This document shows, in pieces, positions 25,941-35,519 of a stretch of 49,823 nt of DNA. The position numbers and the translations under genes are program-made. The notes under the pieces are model-generated. The model was not told the DNA's origin, ran no database searches, and saw nothing but the letters and a program-made list of their open reading frames with translations. Source of the stretch: Terriglobia bacterium (GTDB lineage Bacteria; Acidobacteriota; Terriglobia; UBA7540); the NCBI GenBank assembly GCA_030040515.1, contig JASHTO010000348.1, forward strand, positions 1-49,823, written 5' to 3'. Each line of letters starts with the position of its first letter. Position 1 is the first letter of the stretch.

Positions 25941-27048
25941 AGCGGCCATTGTCGGATGCGGAAAAGTTGCCGATGCGCACGCATCGCACATCCTGTCGAC
26001 GGGATCTGAAATCGTCGGAGTGTGTGACCGCGAGCCGCTGATGGCCAAGCAGCTCTATGAGCGATTCCCGGTTAAAGCCTATTACACCGACCTGGCGGAA
26101 ATGGTGAGCGAATCGAAGCCAGAGGTGGTTCACATCACCACCTCACCGGCAAGTCATTTTGAAGTCGCCCGATTCTGCCTGGAAAAGGGATGCCACGTTT
26201 ATGTGGAAAAGCCGTTTGCGCTCAATGCCGCTGATGCGCAGCATATGGTCGACCTGGCCAAGGCGAAAGGAGTGAAGTTGACGGCGGGTCACAACCACCA
26301 GTTCAGCCACGTGGCCCGGCGCCTGAGGGCTGCCGTGGCGGACGGCTACCTGGGTGGGCCTCCCGTCCACATGGAAAGTTATTACTGCTACAACCTTGCC
26401 GATCCCAGTTACGCTCGCGCCTTGTTGGGGGATAAGCGGCACTGGGTGCGAAAATTGCCGGGCCGGCTACTTCACAACATCATCAGCCACGGCATCGCGC
26501 GGATCGCGGAATTCCTGACCACCGATTCGCCGCAGGTGATCGCCTATGGGCACGTCAGCCCGCTTTTGAAAAGCATCGGAGAGACGGATATCGTGGATGA
26601 GCTTCGCGTCATCCTCAGCGAGGAGGAGCGAACCACGGCATACTTTACTTTCTCGTCGCAGATGCGGCCTTCGCTGCACGAATTCCGAATCTACGGCCCG
26701 AAGAACGGTTTGATCATGGATCACCATCACGAAATCCTGATCCGGTTGCGGGGCGCAAAGTACAAGAGCTATGCCGATCACTTCATTCCTCCGGTTTCGT
26801 TTGCCCAACAACATCTTGCCAACCTGATCGGGAACGCGAAGCTGTTTCTGGGCAGGGATTTCCGCATGGACTCCGGCATGAAGTTCTTGATTGAGTCCTT
26901 CTACCGCTCCATCCGCGAGGGCGCTCCCCTGCCGATTTCTTATCGCGAGATTCTGCTCACGGCTCGCATCATGGATGCCATTTTTCAGCAGGTCGGTTCC
27001 GCTCAGCCGCTCCGCAGAATTTCTTCGCACGCGCAGCCGGTCATGTAG
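25933..27048 (+). CDS. Gfo/Idh/MocA-family oxidoreductase
   Basis: ATG 25933 overlaps the upstream stop (ATGCTTAA). 'MLKAAIVGCGKVADAHA' and 'HVYVEKPF'. Confidence 0.75.
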   Translation: MLKAAIVGCGKVADAHASHILSTGSEIVGVCDREPLMAKQLYERFPVKAYYTDLAEMVSESKPEVVHITTSPASHFEVARFCLEKGCHVYVEKPFALNAADAQHMVDLAKAKGVKLTAGHNHQFSHVARRLRAAVADGYLGGPPVHMESYYCYNLADPSYARALLGDKRHWVRKLPGRLLHNIISHGIARIAEFLTTDSPQVIAYGHVSPLLKSIGETDIVDELRVILSEEERTTAYFTFSSQMRPSLHEFRIYGPKNGLIMDHHHEILIRLRGAKYKSYADHFIPPVSFAQQHLANLIGNAKLFLGRDFRMDSGMKFLIESFYRSIREGAPLPISYREILLTARIMDAIFQQVGSAQPLRRISSHAQPVM

Positions 27049-27272
27049 GTGACCGCACCGGGCGAAACGATTCCCGGACGCTCGCGCGGGTTGACGCGGG
27101 TGGCGGCTGAAAAAACTGACCGCCAAGTGCCACAATCGCCCGGCTGGAACCCCCTATTGTGGATAATCCAGTATTTCCCAAACCTGCTCGCAGTTGGACG
27201 AAGCCGGGAAGTTTTACAGTGTGAACACGACGAAATGTCCGTTGATTTTACGGACAAAAAGTCAGAGTTAAG

Positions 27273-28709
27273 ATGCCTCCGCATGTAGCGCTACTTTTGT
27301 GGTTCGTCCTGCTCCTGGCGCTGTTTCTTTTCGATCCCGCTAAGGAGCCCAAGGTTTCGGCGGCCTTGTGGGTGCCGCTGACATGGATGTTCTTCATGGG
27401 TTCGCGGCAGCTCACTGCCTGGTTGGGCTGGAGTGGCACCGAGGGATTGAACTCCATGGCTCAAACACTTGAGGAAGGGAATCCCACCGACCGAACGGTG
27501 GAGCTTGCTCTGTTATTCCTGGCGTTAGTCATTCTGATCTCCCGATCTTTCAAGTGGGGTGGTTTCTTGAGACAGAATTGGGCGCTCACGCTGTACCTGC
27601 TCTTCGCTCTCCTGAGCGTTGTCTGGTCCGGTTTTCCCTTTGCCGCCTTCAAGAAATGGTTCAGAGATCTCGGCACCTACGTCATGGTATTGGTCATCCT
27701 CACGGATCCTTATCCGTTAAAGGCACTGGGGACATTTCTTCGCAGGTTTGGGTACCTTTTGGTTCCTCTATCGGTTGTCCTCATCAAGTATTTCCCGGAC
27801 CTGGCCCGGCAGTATGACCCGTGGACGGGCATTCAAACATTCACCGGAGCTACAACGAGCAAGAATATGCTGGGCATCGTCTGCTTGGTTTGCGGTACCT
27901 ACTTCTTTTGGGACACGGTGGTCAGGTGGCCTGATCGCAGGAATAAGCGGCAGAAACGAATCCTCCTCGTGAACGCCTTGCTCATCGGGATGGTCATCTG
28001 GCTGCTCAATATCTGCGACAGCGCCACATCCCGCACGACGCTGATGATCGCCTGTATGGTAATCCTGGCGGCTCACAGCAAGTTGGTCCAACGCCATCCG
28101 CGAATCCTGACCGTGGGAATCCCCGCCGTTTTCTTGACCTATGTCTTCCTGTTTTTCGGGCTGGGGTTGAGCACAGAGTTTGCGGAGGCGGTGGGCCGCA
28201 CTTCCCTCTCCGGCCGTGACATTATCTGGCAAATCGTTCTCAGCCACCAGGCGAATCCCCTGGTAGGGGCCGGATACGAAAGCTTCTGGCTGGGTCCGCG
28301 GCTTCAGGCGATCTGGGCCAGCGGGCAGGGCGCAATCAATGAGGCGCACAACGGGTACCTGGAGATTTACCTCAATTTAGGCTACATAGGGGCCTTTCTT
28401 GCTCTCTTATATGTGGGTGCCATGTATCGGAACATTTGCAAAAGGTTCAAACCCTTTTCGAGCATGGCCTCGTTCAGCCTGGCGATCTGGACGGTTTTCC
28501 TGTTCCACAATTGTACGGAAGCCGACTTTCGAAGCGGGCCGATGTGGTTCACATTTGTCTTTGCATGTTGGGCCGTCACGGCGGTCGGCCGCCAGGAGGC
28601 GAGCGAGGCGGCGACCCTCCAAGATGCAGGCGGGGTGGCACAAATTTCACCCTCATTGGGTAAAGAGTCCGAGGACGTGATAGCCCACTTATCTCCCTGG
28701 GCCCTATGA
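27273..28709 (+). CDS. O-antigen ligase/polymerase-like (Wzy_C domain) integral membrane protein
   Basis: 478 aa with about 10-12 TM helices. 'INEAHNGYLEIYLNLGYIGAFLAL' is the typical Wzy_C/O-antigen ligase motif. Confidence 0.6.
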   Translation: MPPHVALLLWFVLLLALFLFDPAKEPKVSAALWVPLTWMFFMGSRQLTAWLGWSGTEGLNSMAQTLEEGNPTDRTVELALLFLALVILISRSFKWGGFLRQNWALTLYLLFALLSVVWSGFPFAAFKKWFRDLGTYVMVLVILTDPYPLKALGTFLRRFGYLLVPLSVVLIKYFPDLARQYDPWTGIQTFTGATTSKNMLGIVCLVCGTYFFWDTVVRWPDRRNKRQKRILLVNALLIGMVIWLLNICDSATSRTTLMIACMVILAAHSKLVQRHPRILTVGIPAVFLTYVFLFFGLGLSTEFAEAVGRTSLSGRDIIWQIVLSHQANPLVGAGYESFWLGPRLQAIWASGQGAINEAHNGYLEIYLNLGYIGAFLALLYVGAMYRNICKRFKPFSSMASFSLAIWTVFLFHNCTEADFRSGPMWFTFVFACWAVTAVGRQEASEAATLQDAGGVAQISPSLGKESEDVIAHLSPWAL

Positions 28710-28800
28710 TCCCCATTTCGGACGCCCACAGCTCCGCATCCGGTGGGCCGGCCCCGGGTGCGGCCCGATTTTACGCAAGACCCTCCGGGAAGGAAGTTCA

Positions 28801-30102
28801 ATGAATCGTCTACGGATACTGCTGTTGGCCCCGGGCGCCAATCCGGAAACGATCTCTGCATTTTACGTGGCCTATTGCCACGCGGAGGCGCTGGCTCGCC
28901 TTCACGACGTGACCCTGGTTATCCAGGCGGCGAATGAGGAGCCCATTCGCCGCGCGGGGGCGCCGTTCCACGCCATTGAGGTGGTTCGCCAGCCCTGGTT
29001 GGACCGGATATTTAACTGGTGCCTGCGTAAGATTTTCAAGAATAACTGGCGCACGCAGGTTCTGACCGCCTTCATGTATCCGTTCGCGGTGGCTTTTGAA
29101 TGGGGGGCCTGGCGGCGGCTGCGGAAGCGGATCAAGGCGGGTGAATTCGACGTTGTCCTGCGCCTTTTGCCCGTCAATTCGGTTCAGCCCAGCCCGTTCG
29201 GCTTTTTCCTGCGCAAGGGTCCCATACCGTTCGTGGTGGGGCCGATCAACGGTGGCCTTCCCTGGCCTCCGGGGTTCAGCCAGGCGGAGAATCAGAAGGA
29301 ATGGATCTCCCGGCTGAGGGATGTCTACCATTACCTGCCCTTTGCCCGGTCAACCTTTCGCTATGCCTCGGCAATTCTGGCCGGCTCGTCGTTTACCTGC
29401 GCGGAGTTCGCGGCATACAAGGATAAGGTTTTCTTTGTCCCGGAGAATGGCGTCAACCGTTCCATTTGCCAGCGCGATGCCGCAGGCCCGGAGAGCAACG
29501 GCAAGCTGGAATTGATCTTCGTCGGGAACCTGGTTCCGTACAAAGCTTGCGACCTGGCGCTGCGCGGTGCGGCTCCACTGTTGCAAAGCGGTTCGGCCCA
29601 CTTCACCATTCTGGGCGATGGCCCGGAGCAGGGCCGCCTGGAGGAGCTCGCCCGTTGCCTGGAAATCGAAAAAGCGGTTTCGTTCTGCGGATTTGTGAGC
29701 CACGACGAAGTCATGCGGAGGCTGCGAACTGCGGACGTTTTGGTGTTTCCGTCGGTCCGCGAATTCGGCGGAGGAGTGGTTTTTGAGGCTCTGGCGGTCG
29801 GCGCCGTCCCCGTGGTCGCCGATTTCGGCGGTCCCGGGGATATCGTCGATCCCCAGGTAGGACGCAAGGTTTCTCTCACCAACGAAAGCGACGTGGTTGC
29901 GCAACTGGAAAAAGTCCTTACCAGTCTCGCCGGGGATCGGGACCTCCTGGCGTGTTTACGACAGCAAGGCATCGCTTATGCCGGGGAACGCTTAAGTTGG
30001 GATGGCAAGGCGCAGATTGTGACCGAGATCCTGAATTGGGCGTTGCGCCGCGGCGCAAAGCCGGACCTCCCGGCGCCGAAGGCGCTGCCGATCGGCGGAT
30101 AA
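28801..30102 (+). CDS. Family 4 (GT-B) glycosyltransferase
   Basis: 'LELIFVGNLVPYKACDL...VLVFPSVREFGGGVVFEALAVGAVPVVADFGGPGDIV' (E-x7-E region). Confidence 0.8.
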   Translation: MNRLRILLLAPGANPETISAFYVAYCHAEALARLHDVTLVIQAANEEPIRRAGAPFHAIEVVRQPWLDRIFNWCLRKIFKNNWRTQVLTAFMYPFAVAFEWGAWRRLRKRIKAGEFDVVLRLLPVNSVQPSPFGFFLRKGPIPFVVGPINGGLPWPPGFSQAENQKEWISRLRDVYHYLPFARSTFRYASAILAGSSFTCAEFAAYKDKVFFVPENGVNRSICQRDAAGPESNGKLELIFVGNLVPYKACDLALRGAAPLLQSGSAHFTILGDGPEQGRLEELARCLEIEKAVSFCGFVSHDEVMRRLRTADVLVFPSVREFGGGVVFEALAVGAVPVVADFGGPGDIVDPQVGRKVSLTNESDVVAQLEKVLTSLAGDRDLLACLRQQGIAYAGERLSWDGKAQIVTEILNWALRRGAKPDLPAPKALPIGG

Positions 30103-30178
30103 GCGAATCGTTGCGCCACCGGCAGGCGGGAGGGAGAGGAACCCGGCAGCCCGGAGGTGCAGATTAAAGGAGCAGGAT

Positions 30179-30931
30179 ATGGCACGGCCCTGGAAGCCTC
30201 GGGATTTCGACTCGTTGTATGAGCGTTACGTTTGCCAGGATGAGCTGGAGTTTGGGGGGCGAGAGTATTACCTGCGATACCGTTCACGCTACAAGGAGTG
30301 CATTCGGCGGATCGCTTCCCTGGCTCCGTCGCACCCGGTGGATGTCCTGGACATCGGCGGAGGACAGCTTGCCCTGCTGTGCATGAAAATGTGGGGTGAC
30401 AAAGGCGCGGTGGCGGACCTCCTGGGGCCGCACATGACGTACATGGCCAGCCATGGCGTGGAGACGATCGAGTGGAACCTGTGCAAGGCTGACCCACCTT
30501 TTTCCGCAAGATTCGACTTCGTCTTTTTTTCAGAGGTGATCGAGCACTTGCCCATTCCCGGTTACATTGTCCTTGCGCGTCTGCGGAAAACTCTGCGGCC
30601 TGGCGGCGCCATTATCTGCACCACACCCAATCTCTACCGTCTCCGCAATCTGGTTTATATCGCGCTCGGGATCCCCATCTTCGACTATTTTCGCTATCCG
30701 GATGACGAGAGCTCACTGGGTCATGTGATTGAATATAGCCGCGATCATCTCGACTGGCAGATGCAGAAGGCGGGATTCACCGCATGCCGGGTGGAATACT
30801 CGCAAATGCACCATTCACCTACGCGAGCCATCTATCGCCCGCTCGCGTGGCTGGGCTATCCACTGCACCTTGTTCCCCACTGGCGCGACAACCTGGTGGC
30901 GACCGCGTACGCGCCCGGTGAGACCCGATAG
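30179..30931 (+). CDS. Class I SAM-dependent methyltransferase
   Basis: AAGGAG RBS. 'VDVLDIGGGQLALL', 'FDFVFFSEVIEHLP', 'LRPGGAIICTTPN'. Confidence 0.75.
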   Translation: MARPWKPRDFDSLYERYVCQDELEFGGREYYLRYRSRYKECIRRIASLAPSHPVDVLDIGGGQLALLCMKMWGDKGAVADLLGPHMTYMASHGVETIEWNLCKADPPFSARFDFVFFSEVIEHLPIPGYIVLARLRKTLRPGGAIICTTPNLYRLRNLVYIALGIPIFDYFRYPDDESSLGHVIEYSRDHLDWQMQKAGFTACRVEYSQMHHSPTRAIYRPLAWLGYPLHLVPHWRDNLVATAYAPGETR

Positions 30932-31014
30932 GCGGGCCGGCGAAAACGGCTCCGCCGCCCCCGGAAGACGCCCGTCGAAATGAAAAACCTCAGCGGGACC
31001 GGGAAGATCGCCGG

Positions 31015-33114
31015 TCAGAAAACCTGGGCACTCAGTACCGGGGAATTGGGGTATGTCAGCGGGTGGGGATAGGAATAAGGCACATAGTGGAGCGTCCAGG
31101 TATTCAGGGCCGTGCAAACAAAAAGTTCGCCCTGCCCGAAGCCGTTTCCGCTGGAATTCCAACTCCCCTGGTCGGTAGCGAAATATCCGACGCTTGGAAT
31201 ACAGGTCGCAGGCTTGTTTCCGAGCAAGCCAAAGCCGACGCCGGTTGTGCCATTGAAAGGGGTTGCGTCCGTGGTCTGGGCCTGCGGGCTGCCGTTCGAC
31301 CCGTCCGTATACCAGTCGCGGTTGGCAATGGTGCGCCCCGTGTCGGTGCCAATGTTACCGCCATTTAAGTTGTGGGCAGTGTCGTCCCATTCGTAAATCG
31401 GGTCCAGCGCCTGGTTTGATGCCGATGCCGGTGTAGGACCATTGGCGCCGGAAAAAAGAGTTCCAGGCCCCCGCCCGCCCTGGTCGGTACAGACGGTGGA
31501 ACGAAGAATGCGATAGGTGTCACCGGAGGAGAACGAGTTGTTTTGCTCAGGAATACTTGACGCTATGGTCAGCGAGGTGATGGTGTTTGAGGCAATTTCC
31601 GCCCAAAAGTTTTGCGTAACATCATAGACCGAGAAGGGGGCGCCGGAAGGGATGAACTGATTTGCAACCCAGACTTGCGATGTATCGTTCAGCGTTACGC
31701 CCGATGAACCGCTTGTTGCCGTGCCGCTGAAATAGAGGGTGCTGCCCACGATCACGTAGGAATCGCCCGACGCGGGTGACCAATTCGAATTCGTCGCAAC
31801 CGTCAGGGTGTTTGCCGTGTTCGAGGCGATTTCCGCTGCTACCCAGTTGCCGGTCGAGCGGGTGATATCGTAAACAAGATAGAGCTTTGAGCCTGGCGCA
31901 AACTGGTTGGTCGTCCAGGATTGTGATGAGTCCGTGACGGTCCCGCTTCCCACCGCAGTGAGCGTACTGGCCGAGGTAACTGAAGCACCATCATTAATGT
32001 CGTAGGGACTGGAGCCGCCACAGGGCCCCCAACCGCCCGTTGCCGTATACACGGTGCGGTAAACCGTCATGTCCGCGACATTGTCGAAGAATCCTCCGGT
32101 TGCGGTATAATTCGCTTCCAGGTTGTTGCCAAATACAATGCCTGTTCCGCTCCTGAAGCCGGCGACGCCGCCACCGCAACTCCCATTCTGGCAATTAATC
32201 GTATTCCCGTAGGCTTCAATGCTGCGGCCACCCTGATTCCGGCCTGTCGTGTCGAGCCCGTGGAACGTAAAGGCAACGAAAAATCCGTTCGTCGGGTTGA
32301 TTTGGTTGAAACGCCCCGCTACCCGGCCACCGCCGATGCCTCCTCCTACCGGTGCAAATTCGGCGTCGTTGACGGATTCCTGGGTGTAGATGGAATTATT
32401 TTCCATATACAGTTCGTTGCCCGTCCCGAACGAATCCGCCTGCGCCCAGGAGTTGTCGCCAAAACTGCCGACTCCCAGGTAAGACGAGAGGCTGATGTTG
32501 GCAAACCATACGGTACTCCCCGTCGGTTGAGTGTTGTGGTCAAGGACGCCGAAGATGTTGTCGCAACGCAGCATCGTCGCCGCATTGGAACTGTTGCCAG
32601 ATTCGTTCCATTGCGTCGTCAGGCCCAGCCCGATGTTGTCGACGCGCACATTCGGGCAACCGCTGGAGGTGCAAGTTCCGGCAATACTGATGGGCGAAAA
32701 AAGCGAGGTCGTTGATGATTCCGGCTCGATGTCGAGCGTGGTCAGCCGGAACAGAGCCCCGGAGACGTAGGGAATTTCAACTTGGAACAGCGGCCCCGTG
32801 GAGGGAACGTCGTCGAGGATGATCGTGTCGAGTGTTCCCGCTCCGAACGTGCTCGGTCCGGCGTTGGGCGACCCGCTGCCGGCGAGCGTGATGGAGACGT
32901 TGATGGTAATCCCGCTGGTCCAGGTGCAGGTGCCGGCGGGAATTACGATAATGTCGCCGTTTACAGCGGTGTGGGTCGGACCATTGATGAGGGTGTTGAC
33001 GGCACTCTGATTGCATGATTCGGCGGTATAAACATTCTGGGCAAATGCGGCCGGACCAACGAAGGCGACGAAAACAAGTGCGATGAAAGTCCCTTTCACG
33101 AACCTGATAAACAT
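31015..33114 (-). CDS. Secreted Gly/Thr/Ser/Asn-rich beta-helix-like protein with internal ~65-aa repeats (candidate EPS depolymerase or modifying enzyme)
   Basis: Start ATG at 33114 follows GGAGGA (track ORF starts at 33228). Signal peptide 'MFIRFVKGTFIALVFVAFVGPAAFAQ'. N-terminal 'GDIIVIPAGTCTWTSGITINVSITLAGSG'. Two tandem modules 'W..NQF.....Y.VYD.T......AEIASNT..(S/T)LT.A......SGD.Y.I'. C-terminal 'YVPYSYPHPL'. The only minus-strand gene inside the locus. Confidence 0.5.
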   Translation of the reverse strand: MFIRFVKGTFIALVFVAFVGPAAFAQNVYTAESCNQSAVNTLINGPTHTAVNGDIIVIPAGTCTWTSGITINVSITLAGSGSPNAGPSTFGAGTLDTIILDDVPSTGPLFQVEIPYVSGALFRLTTLDIEPESSTTSLFSPISIAGTCTSSGCPNVRVDNIGLGLTTQWNESGNSSNAATMLRCDNIFGVLDHNTQPTGSTVWFANISLSSYLGVGSFGDNSWAQADSFGTGNELYMENNSIYTQESVNDAEFAPVGGGIGGGRVAGRFNQINPTNGFFVAFTFHGLDTTGRNQGGRSIEAYGNTINCQNGSCGGGVAGFRSGTGIVFGNNLEANYTATGGFFDNVADMTVYRTVYTATGGWGPCGGSSPYDINDGASVTSASTLTAVGSGTVTDSSQSWTTNQFAPGSKLYLVYDITRSTGNWVAAEIASNTANTLTVATNSNWSPASGDSYVIVGSTLYFSGTATSGSSGVTLNDTSQVWVANQFIPSGAPFSVYDVTQNFWAEIASNTITSLTIASSIPEQNNSFSSGDTYRILRSTVCTDQGGRGPGTLFSGANGPTPASASNQALDPIYEWDDTAHNLNGGNIGTDTGRTIANRDWYTDGSNGSPQAQTTDATPFNGTTGVGFGLLGNKPATCIPSVGYFATDQGSWNSSGNGFGQGELFVCTALNTWTLHYVPYSYPHPLTYPNSPVLSAQVF

Positions 33115-33492
33115 CCGTTTTATCCTCCCCGAGGGGTGGTATTGTCTGCCTAAACGAAGGGGCTCGTGCCGAAGTTGAGAAGATAATAAGGCACTTTGGC
33201 AAGAAAAAAAAGCAATTTGTTGGTCCATTCGGGGCGTCGATTATTTTTTACTAAGGATTGTATGATGGACTGACCGAGGTTCATCGTAGCGCCGCTCCCG
33301 CGGGGCTGGCGCTTCAGGCCATGTCACAATGTCTTGCAGATTGACGACACGCAAGGCCGTGCACACAAGCCCCGGGAGCTTACGAATGAGTTGCCCCTTC
33401 ATACACCACATCTGCTTTTACCTTGACACCCTGAGGAAAATCGGGCACCCTCCGTTTTTTGGAGGCTTCGCCGAACTCCGCACCCAAACTCA

Positions 33493-34221
33493 ATGAAACT
33501 AGTTAAGCACTTAAAGCGCTCCCAATTCATAGTGGGCGTGGTTAGAACCCTGCGGGGATTAAGAGGGGACCTGCAGGTGGTTGTCTGGCGCAGCAAACGA
33601 AACAGCAGGATCGCCGCCTACCTCAAAGCTCATTCGGTTAAGAAAATGCAGCTCGCGACCAGCAACAATCTTCTTGACGGATGGCTGAATACCGATATCT
33701 TTTTGAATCACGATCCGGTCGTCTATTTGGATGCAACACAGCGCTTTCCTTTCGGTGACAATACGCTCGACTACATCATCGCCGAGCACATGATCGAGCA
33801 CATCGATTACGAAGCGGGACAGTTCATGCTATCGGAGTGTCTTCGCGTGCTGAAACCGGGGGGGCGCGTGCGGTTCGCAACTCCCGACCTGACGGTCATA
33901 CTCTCCCTGCATGCCAAAGAAAAAACTGAGGTTCAAAGATTTTATATCGATTGGTCCATAGCACGATCGATGCCGGAAGTGCGCGAGTGTAAAGACACTT
34001 TTGTGATTAACAACATGTTCCGCGCCTGGGGCCATTGTTTTCTGTATGATCGCCAAACGCTGCAACACGCCTTGGACGCTTCCGGATTCCGCGATATCAA
34101 GTTTTACAAGCCGGGCGAAAGTGAGGACCCGAACCTCAGGAACGTGGAAGCCCATGGGAGGGAAATAGGGTCCGAGGATATGAATCAATTCGAGACCATG
34201 GTGGTGGAAGGCTGCAAGTGA
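33493..34221 (+). CDS. Methyltransferase-domain protein (Methyltransf_11/23-like)
   Basis: 'DYIIAEHMIEHIDYEAGQFMLSECLRVLKPGGRVRFATPDL'. The position expected for motif I reads 'MQLATSNNLLDGWLNTD' (no GxGxG), so SAM binding is not certain. Start uncertain. Confidence 0.6.
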   Translation: MKLVKHLKRSQFIVGVVRTLRGLRGDLQVVVWRSKRNSRIAAYLKAHSVKKMQLATSNNLLDGWLNTDIFLNHDPVVYLDATQRFPFGDNTLDYIIAEHMIEHIDYEAGQFMLSECLRVLKPGGRVRFATPDLTVILSLHAKEKTEVQRFYIDWSIARSMPEVRECKDTFVINNMFRAWGHCFLYDRQTLQHALDASGFRDIKFYKPGESEDPNLRNVEAHGREIGSEDMNQFETMVVEGCK

Positions 34222-34383
34222 AATTACGATTGCGCTGGGAGTATGCGTTTACCGTAGCGCCGCCCTGGAGTCAACTTGTTCCGTCGCGCCTCGGCGGCAC
34301 CGTCGCTACCGAGGACGTCACGATATCTTGCAGCACTCCGTAGGTTTCCCCCCGTCTCCATATTATTCCGATATAAGGCCTTG

Positions 34384-35466
34384 ATGATGAACCCTCTGGT
34401 CTCAATCCTGATCCCTGCCTATAACGCCGAGGAATGGATTGAATACACACTGAAGTCGGCGACGGAGCAGACTTGGCCCAACAAGGAAATCATTGTTGTG
34501 GATGACGGGTCAAAGGATCGCACCGCCGAGATTGCGCGCCGTTTTGCCTCAAAGAACGTGAAGGTGCTGTCGAAGCCGAATGGTGGGCTGTCGTCCGCGG
34601 TCAACGCCGCCTACCGGGAATGCCAGGGTGAATACATTCAAGAATTAGATTCGGATGACATGATGGTGCCGAATAAAATTGAACGGCAGCTTGCCGCGCT
34701 GCGGGAAGGCGACAGTAAACGGCTCCTGCTTTCTTCGCCCTGGGCATACTTTTTTTACCGCACGCGGACCTCACAGTTCGTCAATACCTCCCTTTGCCAG
34801 GACCTTTCCCCGCTCGAATGGCTCCTCCGAAAGCTGGGGGAAAATCTGCACATGCAGAACGCCACCTGGCTGGTAAGCCGCGAGCTTGCCGAAGCCGCAG
34901 GGCCTTGGGATGAGAGCCTGGTATACGACCAGGACGGCGAATATTTTGCCCGTGTGCTTCTGGCCTCGGAGGGCACGCGGTTCGTGCCCGAAACCGGAAT
35001 ATTCTACCGGGCCCTCGGCACGGGCAGGATCAGTTACATTGGCAGCTCACGCAAGAAAAAAGAGTCGCTGCTGCGTTCCATGAAATTTCACATCCAATCT
35101 CTTCGGGCCCTCGAGGACAGTGAACGAGTAAGCAAAGCTTGCGTGACCTACATGCAAAATTGGTACGTAGTTTTCTATCCGTCGCAGCCGGATCTTGTCG
35201 ACGAGTTGCAACGCATGGCAGCGGAGCTCGGCGGCCGTTTGGTGCCCCCTCCTTTCTCTTGGAAATTCGCGTGGATTGCCACGATTTTTGGGAGGAGCGC
35301 TGCGGGAGCGGTTCAAAGAGGGCTTTCGGAATTCAAGTTTTCATTGGCAAGGTCATGGGACGAAATGATGTTCAAGTGGGAATCTCGCCAGGCCGGTGCG
35401 GCGCCCGGCGCTTCCGCTTCACCCTCCCTGGCGAAAGATAAGTCTGCAGACACCGAGCACCCTTAA
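34384..35466 (+). CDS. Family 2 glycosyltransferase
   Basis: ATG 34384 gives 'MMNPLVSILIPAYNAEEWIEYTLKSATEQTWPNKEIIVVDDGSKDRT'. 'ELDSDD' is the DxD motif. Confidence 0.85.
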   Translation: MMNPLVSILIPAYNAEEWIEYTLKSATEQTWPNKEIIVVDDGSKDRTAEIARRFASKNVKVLSKPNGGLSSAVNAAYRECQGEYIQELDSDDMMVPNKIERQLAALREGDSKRLLLSSPWAYFFYRTRTSQFVNTSLCQDLSPLEWLLRKLGENLHMQNATWLVSRELAEAAGPWDESLVYDQDGEYFARVLLASEGTRFVPETGIFYRALGTGRISYIGSSRKKKESLLRSMKFHIQSLRALEDSERVSKACVTYMQNWYVVFYPSQPDLVDELQRMAAELGGRLVPPPFSWKFAWIATIFGRSAAGAVQRGLSEFKFSLARSWDEMMFKWESRQAGAAPGASASPSLAKDKSADTEHP

Positions 35467-35519
35467 GGACTTCTGCCCTGCCCAAAGCGAATCGTTCAGC
35501 TGTAATTGAAAGGATTCGG

